A DNA stretch of 64,000 nucleotides from Candidatus Daviesbacteria bacterium (GTDB lineage: Bacteria > Patescibacteriota > Microgenomatia > Daviesbacterales > UBA10151): the NCBI GenBank assembly GCA_028715175.1, contig JAQUSJ010000001.1, forward strand, positions 610,386 to 674,385, given 5' to 3'. A program made the position numbers and the translations under genes. Shown here piece by piece: positions 18,078 to 29,712 of the stretch (position 1 is its first letter; each line of letters opens with the position of its first letter). The notes under the pieces were generated by a model, which searched no databases, was not told the DNA's origin, and saw nothing but the letters and a program-made list of their open reading frames with translations.

Positions 18078-18608
18078 TTAATAAGTACAAGTTCCTCCCG
18101 AAGGAGAAGTAAGCTTCAAATTAGAACCGACCTCATACAATACTGGATCATCTCCACCATCAGGTAACATCTTGCCTGATTGCTGTGTTGATTCCAGTTT
18201 TGCATCAATCTCCCAGGCGTTGCCATCTGAACAATATATGTAATGATTTGTCGCATCATTAATCGGATCGATTGGTAAGGTGGGCACCGACACACTCTTC
18301 TGAGAAGACATATCAACCTTCACCCAGCCTGTTCCATCAGAACCCCTGCCAGCTATATTGCTTAACCCATTACATGGCGCACTACCGCCGCTGCAAAGAA
18401 TAGTAGCCGCAGATCCGGTTGCTTCCTGAACTGCCACGTTAATTGCTTGCTGTAAATTTGACAAATCAGTAAGTCTGGCCGCATCACGACCTCTACGGGT
18501 AAGCTCTAACGGGTTAATAATTAAAACAACGACTGCTGCCAATATGGCAATAATTGCAATAACAACCAAAAGTTCCACTAATGTGAAACCATGAGCAGAT
18601 TTTTTCAA
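18078..18608 (-). CDS. pilA: Type IV pilin (PilA-like, candidate major pilin)
   Basis: MKKSAHG|FTLVELLVVIAIIAILAAVVV is a prepilin N-terminus. A C-terminal Cys pair is present. Confidence 0.7.
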   Translation of the reverse strand: MKKSAHGFTLVELLVVIAIIAILAAVVVLIINPLELTRRGRDAARLTDLSNLQQAINVAVQEATGSAATILCSGGSAPCNGLSNIAGRGSDGTGWVKVDMSSQKSVSVPTLPIDPINDATNHYIYCSDGNAWEIDAKLESTQQSGKMLPDGGDDPVLYEVGSNLKLTSPSGGTCTY

Positions 18609-18673
18609 AATTTCTCACCCCCTCGCATACATTGTATTCACAACTTCTAATACTTAGTCAAGTAGCATCTTGA

Positions 18674-19873
18674 TTAAAATGACGTGGTTAATTTGTAAAT
18701 AGGCAATATTATTGAGATAACTAAAAAAGCTACGCCAATCCCTAGGATGATTAGAACAATTGGCTCGATCGCTACAGTCAAATTCTTAACCATATGGTCT
18801 GATTCAGATTCAAAATAGTCAGCCAGCTTAAAAAATATTTCATCTACTTTTCCTGTTTCTTCACCCACTCTAACCATCTGGCTGATAATTTTTGGGAAAA
18901 TATTGGCTGTAAGAAGAGAAGAAAACGGCAATCCTTTTTCTACTCCGGAGTAACTTTCTTTGAGTGCATTTTTAAACACCGGATTATCCATTAAATCCGA
19001 TACTATACCAATAGAATCAAGTAACGGTATGCCTGCAGAAATCAGCAGCCCAAACGTACGGTTGAAATTTGTCAGTGCAACATTTGCCACAACCTTTCCC
19101 GCAATTGGGATTCTTAGAATCAATTTGCCTAAGAAAAGATTCCCCTCGGGGGTCCGTTTCCATCTGTCTATCCCAATGTATCCTCCAATTAAAATAATAA
19201 GTCCCAACCACCAATAGTTCACAAAAAGATTTGACGTAGTAATCAATATTTTGGTAGGCAATGGCAATTCCATTGTTGATTGAGAATACAAAGTTAAAAG
19301 CTTCGGGATAACAAAAATCATCATTATAACAAGCACTACCAGCATCATAGATAAAACTAACACCGGATAGATCATTGCTCCTTTAATTTTTGCTTGAAAT
19401 TCTCTTTCTTTCTCCAACCCGTCAGCCATCTGTAAAAGAATAGAATCAAGCTTACCGGAGGCCTCACCGGCCTTAATTAAATTAACATAAAGATGGGGAA
19501 AAATATCAGGATATTTACTAAAGGCTTGTGCCAACGTTAAACCTCCTTTGATGTCCTGGGAAATGTCATTCAAAGCTTTCTTCAGATTTTTATTGGTTTG
19601 CTGGTCTTCCAGAATATCTATCGCTTCTGATAAAACTAGTCCGCTGCTCACCATTGTTGCCAACTGTCTAGTGAAAATAACTACTTCAGAAAAACCTACC
19701 CTATTTATAAAACGGTCCAGCAACCTGTTTACAGGAGGCGTTTTAGGAGACAGTGAAATAACAATCAGACCCTCCTTTCGTATAGTCACAGCAGCAGAAT
19801 GAGCATCGGGAGATTTAACGCTGCCGACGTGTTCCTGACCCTGTATATCTTTTGCTTTGTAGATAAATTCCAT
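18674..19873 (-). CDS. pilC: Type IV pilus inner-membrane platform protein PilC (GspF family)
   Basis: It shows the duplicated GspF domain architecture, with TM segments and a conserved LPLP-type region. It lies between pilA/pilD and pilT. Confidence 0.85.
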   Translation of the reverse strand: MEFIYKAKDIQGQEHVGSVKSPDAHSAAVTIRKEGLIVISLSPKTPPVNRLLDRFINRVGFSEVVIFTRQLATMVSSGLVLSEAIDILEDQQTNKNLKKALNDISQDIKGGLTLAQAFSKYPDIFPHLYVNLIKAGEASGKLDSILLQMADGLEKEREFQAKIKGAMIYPVLVLSMMLVVLVIMMIFVIPKLLTLYSQSTMELPLPTKILITTSNLFVNYWWLGLIILIGGYIGIDRWKRTPEGNLFLGKLILRIPIAGKVVANVALTNFNRTFGLLISAGIPLLDSIGIVSDLMDNPVFKNALKESYSGVEKGLPFSSLLTANIFPKIISQMVRVGEETGKVDEIFFKLADYFESESDHMVKNLTVAIEPIVLIILGIGVAFLVISIILPIYKLTTSF

Positions 19874-19880
19874 AATAATA

Positions 19881-19960
19881 GTCGTCAGTCATCAGTCTTC
19901 AGCTATCAGACTTTCTTGTTTTTGTCTGACGACTGAAAGCTGATCGCTGATAGCTATTTC
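19881..19960. repeat. Palindromic element built of 7-nt NNNTCAG units (gtcgtcag tcatcag tcttcag ctatcag ac-loop-gtctgacgactgaaagctgat...), in the pilC-pilT intergenic region
   Basis: There is an imperfect inverted repeat around a ctttcttgtttttg loop. Related copies occur at 47004-47090, 61679-61755 and 63049-63128 and inside gyrB, murD and gyrA. Confidence 0.8.
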
Positions 19961-21006
19961 AAAAGCTTGCTTAATAATTCCGGACGCAGAGCAAATCGGA
20001 GTGCCACTTCCTGAGAAATTTTCCCTCCTTTTACCAAAACAGCAAGAGAGCGCTCAAGAGTTTGCATCCCAAGTTCTGCTGATGTTTCAATAATATTGTC
20101 TATCAAATATGTCTTTGCCTCGCGAATAATATTCCTTACGGCAGGAGTAGTAAATAATATTTCAGATGCCAAAATCCTTCCCGGTTCAATGGTCGGAACC
20201 AGACGAAGCGACAGAATTGCCTCCAGGGTCGATGCCAGCTGAAGTCTGATTTGTGGTTGTTGTATTTCGGGAAAAACATCAATAATCCGGTCAATAGATT
20301 GCGTAGATGAATTTGTATGAAGAGTTGCAAAAACCAAATGACCGGTTTCTGCAATGGTCATAGCTGAAGATATAGTTTCTAAATCCCTCATTTCACCGAT
20401 TAAAACTACATCCGGATCTTCCCGTAAAGCTGAACGCAGGGCATTTCCCCAGGATCTTGTGTCAGAATACATTTCCCTTTGTTCAATCAAAGATTTTCCC
20501 GGAGGGTACATATATTCAATTGGGTCTTCAACGGTAAGGACATGGACTGCCCGGGTCTTGTTAATCTTATTTATAAATGAAGCTAACGTTGTGGATTTAC
20601 CATGACCGGTCGGTCCGGTCACTAAAATAAAACCTTGCTTTAAATCTATCAGACGGTTGACAACGGAAGGAAAACCCAATTCTTCAACTTCCGGTATGCG
20701 ATAGGGGATAAGCCGCAAAGCCGCCGACGGGTAACCTTTTTGTCTATACAGGTTAACCCGAAATCTAGCTTTAGATTCAAATTCAAACGAAAAATCAAGT
20801 TCAAAAACTTGTTTATAGATATTTTTTTGAATATCCGAGAGAAGAGGTTGAATCAAGCTATCAATTTGTTCCGGAGTAGTTGGTACTTCACCGGGTACGG
20901 GAAAAAGATCACCATGAATTCGGAGGATAGGCGGAGATCCGACAGATAAATGTAAATCAGAAGCATTTCTTTGAATAGTTAAATCTAATAATTGTTGTAT
21001 GTTCAT
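19954..21006 (-). CDS. pilT: Twitching-motility retraction ATPase PilT
   Basis: It is colinear with PilT: SDLHLSVGSPPILRIHGDL, the Walker A motif GPTGHGKSTT, and the TVEDPIEY, REDPDVVLIGEMRD and GHLVFATLHT motifs. The size is 350 aa. Confidence 0.85.
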   Translation of the reverse strand: MNIQQLLDLTIQRNASDLHLSVGSPPILRIHGDLFPVPGEVPTTPEQIDSLIQPLLSDIQKNIYKQVFELDFSFEFESKARFRVNLYRQKGYPSAALRLIPYRIPEVEELGFPSVVNRLIDLKQGFILVTGPTGHGKSTTLASFINKINKTRAVHVLTVEDPIEYMYPPGKSLIEQREMYSDTRSWGNALRSALREDPDVVLIGEMRDLETISSAMTIAETGHLVFATLHTNSSTQSIDRIIDVFPEIQQPQIRLQLASTLEAILSLRLVPTIEPGRILASEILFTTPAVRNIIREAKTYLIDNIIETSAELGMQTLERSLAVLVKGGKISQEVALRFALRPELLSKLLK

Positions 21007-21013
21007 TTAATTT

Positions 21014-22732
21014 CTAATCCTGGGCCACTCTCAGGACTTCTTCCATGGTAGTTATACCCTCCAATACTTTCATATAACCATCCTGTTTCATCGTGATCAT
21101 ACCTTCTCCCACAGCAGCTTCTTCAATTACGCCGGATGATGTATGCTCTAAGACTAGCTTGGATATTTTGTCTGTTAAACTTAAAACTTCAAATATTCCA
21201 ATCCTGCCTAAATATCCGGTATTACCGCAAAAACTACACCCCTTACCCTTGTATAATTTCATATTTGCCGATTGGGATTGCGGGATAAATTTTCCTAAAA
21301 CTTGTTTAATATTGCCGATTACTTCCGGGGGAGCATTAAATTCCACCTTACAATGCGGATCAATTTTCCTGACAACTCTTTGTCCAACAATAGCATTTAG
21401 AGCAGACGTCAACAAAAAAGGTTCAACTCCCATATCTAAAAGCCTGGGAGGCGCACCGGCTGCGGAATTCGTATGAACAGTAGAAAACACTTGATGACCT
21501 GTTAGCGCCGCCTGTATTGCCAACTCCGCAGTTTCGGTATCTCTTATCTCACCAACCATTATGATATTCGGATCTTGCCTTAAAAAGCTTCGTAAGGTCG
21601 ATGCAAAAGTTAAGCCGACGCCGGTATTGACTTGAACTTGATTAACTCCGGGAATCTGGTATTCAACCGGATCTTCAATCGTTACCACATTCACCCTGGT
21701 GGTTGATATTTTGGTTAAAATTGAATAAAGTGTTGTGGTTTTACCGGAACCGGTTGGTCCGCAAACCAGGATAATGCCATGCGCGCGAAGCAATTGGCTT
21801 TCCAAAGCTTTAAGAGAAGCTCCTCTCAGACCCAGTTCCAAAAGCGATGGCGCGCCTGTTGATTTGGGAAGCAACCTCAAAACTACTTTCTCTCCGAATA
21901 CAGTCGGCACTGTGGAAATCCTAAGATCTACAATATTTTGTCCATAGGTAAAAGTAAACCTGCCATCCTGGGGCAGACGTTTTTCATCAATTTTCAAAAC
22001 GGCAAGGATTTTAATTCTTGAAACAAGCGCATCATGCACGCCTTTTGGAAGAAGAATTTTCTCTTGTAATATCCCGTCTATCCTATATCTAACCCTAGTT
22101 CTGTTTTCTTGAGGCTCGATATGGACATCAGAGGCCCTATTTTTTATGGCATATTCTAAAAGCTGGTCAATAATGTTGGAAACAGGTGCCTCGCGTAAAA
22201 TCTCGGGCCCCACTTGAACCTCTTTCATTGGCCTAACAGCTGCAACTTCCTTGAGCGCAGAAGTTACTTCTGAAGTTAAGTTTTGAGCATATTGATCTGA
22301 GATGTCCTGCAGAATGTCTTCTGCAAGCGCCAAATACGGCTTCACTCTAAGTCCGGTCCTTTTTTCGACAAATTGAGTAATCTGGATATCTAAAGGATCT
22401 GCCATTGCCACCCATAATTCTTCTCCTTTTTTTTCAAATGGAATTATTTGATAACGGCGGGCTGCAACTTCCGGCACTAAATTTAAGACATCCGCCGCAA
22501 TGGCCCGACCGGCCAGGGAAATATAAGGAACATTTAAAATCTGCGCTTTGGCTTGAGCTATTTTGTTATTCGGCACCAAATTCCGCTGAATTAAGATTTT
22601 TTCCACCGGTGTACCGGAATTAATACTTTCCAGCTTTATTGCAGAAACCTGATCTGAGCTTATCACTCCTTCTTTAAAAAGGATTTCCTCCAGTGTAGAA
22701 CCGGACGGATTTTGGGCAAGATTACTGGGCAT
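21014..22732 (-). CDS. pilB: Type IV pilus assembly (extension) ATPase PilB (GspE family)
   Basis: It has the GspE N-terminal domain, the Walker A motif GPTGSGKTTTLYS, the TIEDPVEY motif, and a tetracysteine-like region CSFCGNTG. The size is 572 aa. Confidence 0.85.
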   Translation of the reverse strand: MPSNLAQNPSGSTLEEILFKEGVISSDQVSAIKLESINSGTPVEKILIQRNLVPNNKIAQAKAQILNVPYISLAGRAIAADVLNLVPEVAARRYQIIPFEKKGEELWVAMADPLDIQITQFVEKRTGLRVKPYLALAEDILQDISDQYAQNLTSEVTSALKEVAAVRPMKEVQVGPEILREAPVSNIIDQLLEYAIKNRASDVHIEPQENRTRVRYRIDGILQEKILLPKGVHDALVSRIKILAVLKIDEKRLPQDGRFTFTYGQNIVDLRISTVPTVFGEKVVLRLLPKSTGAPSLLELGLRGASLKALESQLLRAHGIILVCGPTGSGKTTTLYSILTKISTTRVNVVTIEDPVEYQIPGVNQVQVNTGVGLTFASTLRSFLRQDPNIIMVGEIRDTETAELAIQAALTGHQVFSTVHTNSAAGAPPRLLDMGVEPFLLTSALNAIVGQRVVRKIDPHCKVEFNAPPEVIGNIKQVLGKFIPQSQSANMKLYKGKGCSFCGNTGYLGRIGIFEVLSLTDKISKLVLEHTSSGVIEEAAVGEGMITMKQDGYMKVLEGITTMEEVLRVAQD

Positions 22733-22757
22733 ACCTCCATTATGTTAGAATCTCCGT

Positions 22758-23438
22758 ATGATTGCAAGGCTTTTAATTTCACCTAATATTGAAAGAGGGG
22801 TAGAGGAGATAAAAAAGATACTGGCTTCCCACATTCCAGGTGGAAATACAAACCACCCTGATTTATTATACATTAAGGCTGGAGAAAAACTTGGCATTGC
22901 TGAGGCTAAAAGGATAAAAGGATTTTTCTCCTTGAAACCATATTCTGCTTCCGGAAGAGCAGTTGTCCTGGAAGACACATCAACTTTAACTGCCGAAGCC
23001 CAAAATGCCCTGTTAAAAACCCTTGAGGAGCTGCCTAGGGAAGCAATCTTGATTCTGGGTGCTGCCTCCGACGACAATCTCTTACCAACTATCCTGTCAA
23101 GATGCGAGATCATCAGACTTAAACCTAAAAGTGATGATACACTAGAGTATCATAGTAAATACACTGAAGATCTGGATAAACTATTAAATACCTCTTTGGA
23201 AGAACGGTTTGAATATATAGAAAAATTAAAAGACCGGGAAGAATTTTTGCATTACATGGTATACTTCTTCCGCCAAAAAATGGTTGAACCTATTACGCAC
23301 GCAAGGCCTAGCCTTGCAAGGCTAGAAGTAACAGGCTTTTTAAAAGAGCTCTTGCAAGCAGAAAAATGGGCCAAACAAAATGTCAACATCAGGGCCATTT
23401 TGGAATATCTAATGCTAAAAATGCCCAAGAAGGATTAA
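22758..23438 (+). CDS. holB: DNA polymerase III delta-prime-like clamp-loader subunit (short form)
   Basis: NALLKTLEELP (the clamp-loader NALLKTLEEPP signature) and ILSRCE (sensor motif) are present. The N-terminal P-loop region appears to be absent. Confidence 0.5.
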   Translation: MIARLLISPNIERGVEEIKKILASHIPGGNTNHPDLLYIKAGEKLGIAEAKRIKGFFSLKPYSASGRAVVLEDTSTLTAEAQNALLKTLEELPREAILILGAASDDNLLPTILSRCEIIRLKPKSDDTLEYHSKYTEDLDKLLNTSLEERFEYIEKLKDREEFLHYMVYFFRQKMVEPITHARPSLARLEVTGFLKELLQAEKWAKQNVNIRAILEYLMLKMPKKD

Positions 23439-23439
23439 T

Positions 23440-24057
23440 ATGCGCTTGAATCCAGAAAGCAATACACAGGTCCCAAAAAAGCTAGTAGTTATAACAGGTT
23501 CTTCAGGTACAGGTAAATCAACTCTGGCAGTATGCCTAGGAAAAGAATTTGGCTATCCAATCGTCTGTAAGGACATCTATGCTTCAATATTCCCTGCTTC
23601 ATATGGAGACGAGTACCAACAGTTATACCGTTCCGATACACATCAAAAAATGCGAGAAGCAATAAAAATACTTTTATCCCTGGGGTGCAGCGTTATTGTT
23701 GATGTTGTCCACAGCAAGGAGGTTAAAAAACCGGACTGGGATGGTTGGATACCTTGGTATACTCAAGTAGGTAAACTTTATCAAGCTGAAGTTGATTTCA
23801 TCAGAGTTATTGTAACAGAAAAAGATCAAAGAGAAAGACTAGAAAGACGCAACTCGCCCTTTGATGCAGATAAACTTAGCTCGCCTGAAGCATGGCAACG
23901 TTTTCAAAAAGAACAACCTATTAATATTGATACGCATCCTGAAAATGGTTTAATCGTCTGGAATAGCAGACCTTTTGCAGAAACTTTTGCAGAAACTAAG
24001 GCATTTCTATTACGTCCGCGTCCGGCCCTATCCCTAGTAAGAAGTAGTTTATTATAA
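23440..24057 (+). CDS. P-loop NTPase, predicted kinase-like (AAA_33-like), hypothetical
   Basis: It has the Walker A motif GSSGTGKST and a Walker B-like IVDVV. The specific family is not recognised. Confidence 0.4.
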   Translation: MRLNPESNTQVPKKLVVITGSSGTGKSTLAVCLGKEFGYPIVCKDIYASIFPASYGDEYQQLYRSDTHQKMREAIKILLSLGCSVIVDVVHSKEVKKPDWDGWIPWYTQVGKLYQAEVDFIRVIVTEKDQRERLERRNSPFDADKLSSPEAWQRFQKEQPINIDTHPENGLIVWNSRPFAETFAETKAFLLRPRPALSLVRSSLL

Positions 24058-24080
24058 GAGAGGATTATGTTAAACTATAG

Positions 24081-26191
<2,111 letters not shown>

Positions 26192-26194
26192 GAT

Positions 26195-26851
26195 ATGGAT
26201 GATTTAACAGAAAGACAAGAGTTTGCACAACGAATTACCGAGGAACTCAAGAGACAGTGGCAATTTTGGCATAATCTGGTTGAAATCAAGGGCGAAGAAG
26301 ACGATATGCCTGACACGAAAGAATATCAATTTGTAATAGATAGAAGAACTGAGGACGAATCGCTTTTTACCGCAGATAGCGTAACAATTCTTAGTCTAGG
26401 GAATATACCCTTAGAAGATTGGACGAGAACTATACCAGAACTGACGACAAGAGCGAATGAGGAATGGATCCAAATTACTGTAGATCCTAAAAACCCATAC
26501 AATACTAAGTTAGGCATTTACTCTGGAGAAGATGTTTTTCTTTCTGGGAAGAAAAATGATTTTTACTATACGGAAGTATTAGATGTCTTTTTGTCAAATC
26601 AAGGTAGAGCATTCGAACATACCACGTGGGATTGGGTTGCAATACCATCTTCCTATCCATCTCAATATGAACATCGCTCTTACTTAAAAAGGTGTCCTAC
26701 GCCGGAAGAAATTCAAGTTACATTTACAACAGAACCAGAAGAGGAATATACTGAACCCTTTCAGCCTTTAAAGGGATTTAGTCTAGAAAGATTAGGTTTT
26801 TTAGTGATGAAAGTCAAAATGGGTGAAATCATAGAACCGCCGTCTCAATAA
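26195..26851 (+). CDS. Hypothetical acidic protein
   Basis: A 218-aa ORF with good coding density and no recognisable motifs. Confidence 0.4.
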   Translation: MDDLTERQEFAQRITEELKRQWQFWHNLVEIKGEEDDMPDTKEYQFVIDRRTEDESLFTADSVTILSLGNIPLEDWTRTIPELTTRANEEWIQITVDPKNPYNTKLGIYSGEDVFLSGKKNDFYYTEVLDVFLSNQGRAFEHTTWDWVAIPSSYPSQYEHRSYLKRCPTPEEIQVTFTTEPEEEYTEPFQPLKGFSLERLGFLVMKVKMGEIIEPPSQ

Positions 26852-26947
26852 CTCCAATAAAGTTAAGTCCACCTGCCAAGCGAATTGTATTGGCGCCTAC
26901 ACCTTTCTCGCATAAAAATACAAAAAATCATATAATGTAGCCTGATT

Positions 26948-28282
26948 ATGGCTAAAAGAATACATTTTTTGGGAATAGGGGGGAGTGGGGCATCGGCTGC
27001 TGCTGCTATTGCAGAGGGTCAGGGTTTTGAAGTAACCGGATGCGATCTACAACCCCACAACGAATTTACTACCCAATTCAAAAACTCCCAACTTCTAGTA
27101 GGCCACAACCCCAAACATTTACATTTGAGCGTCCACCCCGGGGGTGTCCATACAAATATCTTGGTTACAAATATCTTGGTTGTTACGCCGGCTATTTTTT
27201 CTTTGGATCCGGAAAATCCGGAACTTTTGGCAGCCAAGAAAAAAGGTATTCCAATCATGACCTGGCAGAAGTTTACAGGAGAGTATCTGACTAAAGGTAA
27301 ATTTGTGATTGCTGTTTGCGGTACCCACGGCAAAACCACCACCACAGCCATGATTGCAAAAATACTGGAGGATAATGGACTTGACCCAACAGTACTCCTG
27401 GGAGCAATAGTGCCTAAGTGGGGGACAAACTATCGCATACCACGACAAAAAGTTCACGATCGTGAATATTTTATCATCGAAGCTGATGAGTTTAATGATA
27501 ATTTTTTACACCTCAAACCTGACATCAATGTTGTTACTAATATCGAGATGGATCACCCGGAATATTTTAAGGATTTTGAAGCAGTTAAGAAAAGCTTTAA
27601 AAAATTCCTGCTCCAAACAAAAACAACTGTTGTAGCAAACTTAACTGATTCCGGTGTTGCGGAAGTAGTAAAAGTTACCATGAAGCAATCCGGTATACAG
27701 TATTTGGATTATTCTAAAAACGAATTAGGCATTACTCTTAAAATTCCCGGAGAATTTAACAAATCAAATGCCCGGGCAGCATTTCAAGTTGGACTCTTGT
27801 TGGGAATTGATCCCCGGATCATCCAGAAAAGTTTATCCGGTTACCCGGGAGTAAGCAGAAGGTTTGAATATATTGGAGAATACCGGGGTAGTAAAGTTTA
27901 CTCTGACTTCGGTCATCACCCCACAGAGATTGCTAAAACCATGGAAGCAGCCCGTCAGAAATTCCCAAAAGAAAGAATTTGGCTGATTTATGAACCGCAT
28001 ATGTTCACCAGAACCAAGGCTTTATTTGATGATTTCGTAAAAGTGTTTAGGCAAATTCCGACAGATAAAATCATCATCACTGATATTTATCCCAGTAGGG
28101 AAGTTGACGAAGGAATTGTTTCCTCAAAACAACTGGCCGAAGCTGTAGGCTATGATAGACTAGTCTATCATAGTAAAAATGAACCACTATCAATTCTCAA
28201 AAGTCAAATCCAAAAAGGAGATATTGTCTTTTTTATGGGAGCAGGGAATATAGATAAACTGGCTAAAGAGTTGGCAGGGTAA
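26948..28282 (+). CDS. murC: UDP-N-acetylmuramate--L-alanine ligase MurC
   Basis: The N-terminus HFLGIGGSGASAAAA, the Mur ligase P-loop GTHGKTTTTAMIA, and the central and C-terminal Mur ligase domains are present. It contains a REP-like in-frame insertion and a 12-mer duplication at 27131-27190. Confidence 0.85.
   Translation: MAKRIHFLGIGGSGASAAAAIAEGQGFEVTGCDLQPHNEFTTQFKNSQLLVGHNPKHLHLSVHPGGVHTNILVTNILVVTPAIFSLDPENPELLAAKKKGIPIMTWQKFTGEYLTKGKFVIAVCGTHGKTTTTAMIAKILEDNGLDPTVLLGAIVPKWGTNYRIPRQKVHDREYFIIEADEFNDNFLHLKPDINVVTNIEMDHPEYFKDFEAVKKSFKKFLLQTKTTVVANLTDSGVAEVVKVTMKQSGIQYLDYSKNELGITLKIPGEFNKSNARAAFQVGLLLGIDPRIIQKSLSGYPGVSRRFEYIGEYRGSKVYSDFGHHPTEIAKTMEAARQKFPKERIWLIYEPHMFTRTKALFDDFVKVFRQIPTDKIIITDIYPSREVDEGIVSSKQLAEAVGYDRLVYHSKNEPLSILKSQIQKGDIVFFMGAGNIDKLAKELAG
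27131..27190. repeat. REP-like palindrome (tCCACCCCGGGGGTGtcca) plus a tandem 12-mer (aatatcttggtt x2) in frame in murC
   Basis: It encodes LSVHPGGVHTNILVTNILVV. The palindrome core is related to the REP at 7432 and 8176. Confidence 0.65.
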
Positions 28283-29099
28283 TTTGTTGTAACTTACCAT
28301 TTAAAATCTTTCCAAAAAATCGGCTGGCCACCTGTAAAACTCTCTCAGGCGCATCTGTGACATAAAATTCATATCTTGGTTTCTTATTTGAAAGCAATCT
28401 TTTCTCTTCTAAAATCTTTCTTAAACTTTGAGCCGTTGGTTTTGCAGAATCCACTAAGCTAACTTTTCTTCCCATCACCGCCTGAATAATTTTACTAAGT
28501 AGAGGATAATGGGTACATCCTAAAATCAATGTATCAATTTGTCTTTTCTTCAATCCTTTAAGATAACCTTCGGCTAGCAATTTTGTCGCCTGATGAGTTT
28601 CCAAGCCTTCTTCAGCAATTGGCACAAAAAGCGGGCAAGGAATGCTATCGACCTCTATCTTTGGATTTATTTCATGGATTTTTTTATCATAAGTTTTGCT
28701 ATTTATCGTTCCTACTGTACCGATAACACCAATTTTTCGATTTTTGGTTGTTTTGATAGCCAACTGTATCGTGGACTCAACAACGCCCAGCACTGGAACA
28801 GGGGAAATTTTTTTTATCTCTTCCAGGGCAACGGAAGAAACAGTATTGCATGCCACCACCAAACACTTAACATTCCTCTTTAAAAGAAAATTAGTTAACT
28901 CTTTGGCAAACCTGGTGATAATTTCTTTTGATCTTGTTCCGTATGGAACTCTGGCAGTATCTCCTATATAAATGATGCTCTCATCTGGCAACTGTTTAAC
29001 AATTTCTTTTGTAACAGTCAGTCCGCCAATGCCGGAATCAAAAATTCCAATTGGATTGTTGTTCACAAGATAAGTATAATACCATCTTATGGCAAACAA
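28263..29099 (-). CDS. murI: Glutamate racemase MurI
   Basis: IGIFDSGIGGLTV, the CNT(V/A)S catalytic Cys motif (VACNTVSS) and GCTHYPLL are present. Confidence 0.8.
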   Translation of the reverse strand: MFAIRWYYTYLVNNNPIGIFDSGIGGLTVTKEIVKQLPDESIIYIGDTARVPYGTRSKEIITRFAKELTNFLLKRNVKCLVVACNTVSSVALEEIKKISPVPVLGVVESTIQLAIKTTKNRKIGVIGTVGTINSKTYDKKIHEINPKIEVDSIPCPLFVPIAEEGLETHQATKLLAEGYLKGLKKRQIDTLILGCTHYPLLSKIIQAVMGRKVSLVDSAKPTAQSLRKILEEKRLLSNKKPRYEFYVTDAPERVLQVASRFFGKILNGKLQQITLPTL

Positions 29100-29712
29100 T
29101 GGGCAAAATTATTGCACTCTTTATATAGTTCGTCATGGCCAGACCGACTGGAATCTTAAGGAAATAACTCAGGGAGAAACAAATATTCCTTTAAACAACA
29201 AAGGCATTAAACAAGCAAAAGCTCTAGGGAAAAATTTAAAGAATATTCACTTTGATGTGGTATTTTCTTCGGATCTAATTCGTGCCAAACAAACTGCAGA
29301 AGTGATCAATCTGGAAAGAAAACTTGCTATTAAAACTGCCAAAGCTTTACGGGAAAGGCGCTATGGTAAACACGAGGGCACTCCTCAATCAGAAATGAAA
29401 GAAATTTATGATACTTGGGAAAAGTTAAGCAAAAAAGAAAGATTAAGTTACAAACCCTATGAAAGCTATGAAACTGATGAAGAAATAATCGGGAGATATA
29501 TTACATTTTTGCGGGAAGTCGCTGTTTTATACTTAGGCAAAACAGTTTTGATTGTCTCTCACGGGGGAGTAATGAGAGTTTTATTAAATCATTTATCAGA
29601 AAAAATATATTTTACAAATTCTATTTCTAATGCAGCCTTTATTAAATTAGAGTCTGATGGAGTGGACTTTTTTATTAAAGAACTGAAAGGTATTAAAAAT
29701 CCCGATGAATAG
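29089..29712 (+). CDS. Histidine phosphatase family protein (phosphoglycerate mutase-like)
   Basis: It has the RHGQTDWN catalytic motif, with a C-terminal SHGGVMR. Confidence 0.65.
   Translation: MANNGQNYCTLYIVRHGQTDWNLKEITQGETNIPLNNKGIKQAKALGKNLKNIHFDVVFSSDLIRAKQTAEVINLERKLAIKTAKALRERRYGKHEGTPQSEMKEIYDTWEKLSKKERLSYKPYESYETDEEIIGRYITFLREVAVLYLGKTVLIVSHGGVMRVLLNHLSEKIYFTNSISNAAFIKLESDGVDFFIKELKGIKNPDE

Noticed and set aside
12425-19960. Possible CRISPR array suggested by the many short direct and inverted repeats
   Set aside because: The repeat units are only 7 nt, are contiguous with no unique spacers, or are single palindromic elements. No 25-40-nt direct repeats alternate with spacers, and there are no cas genes.
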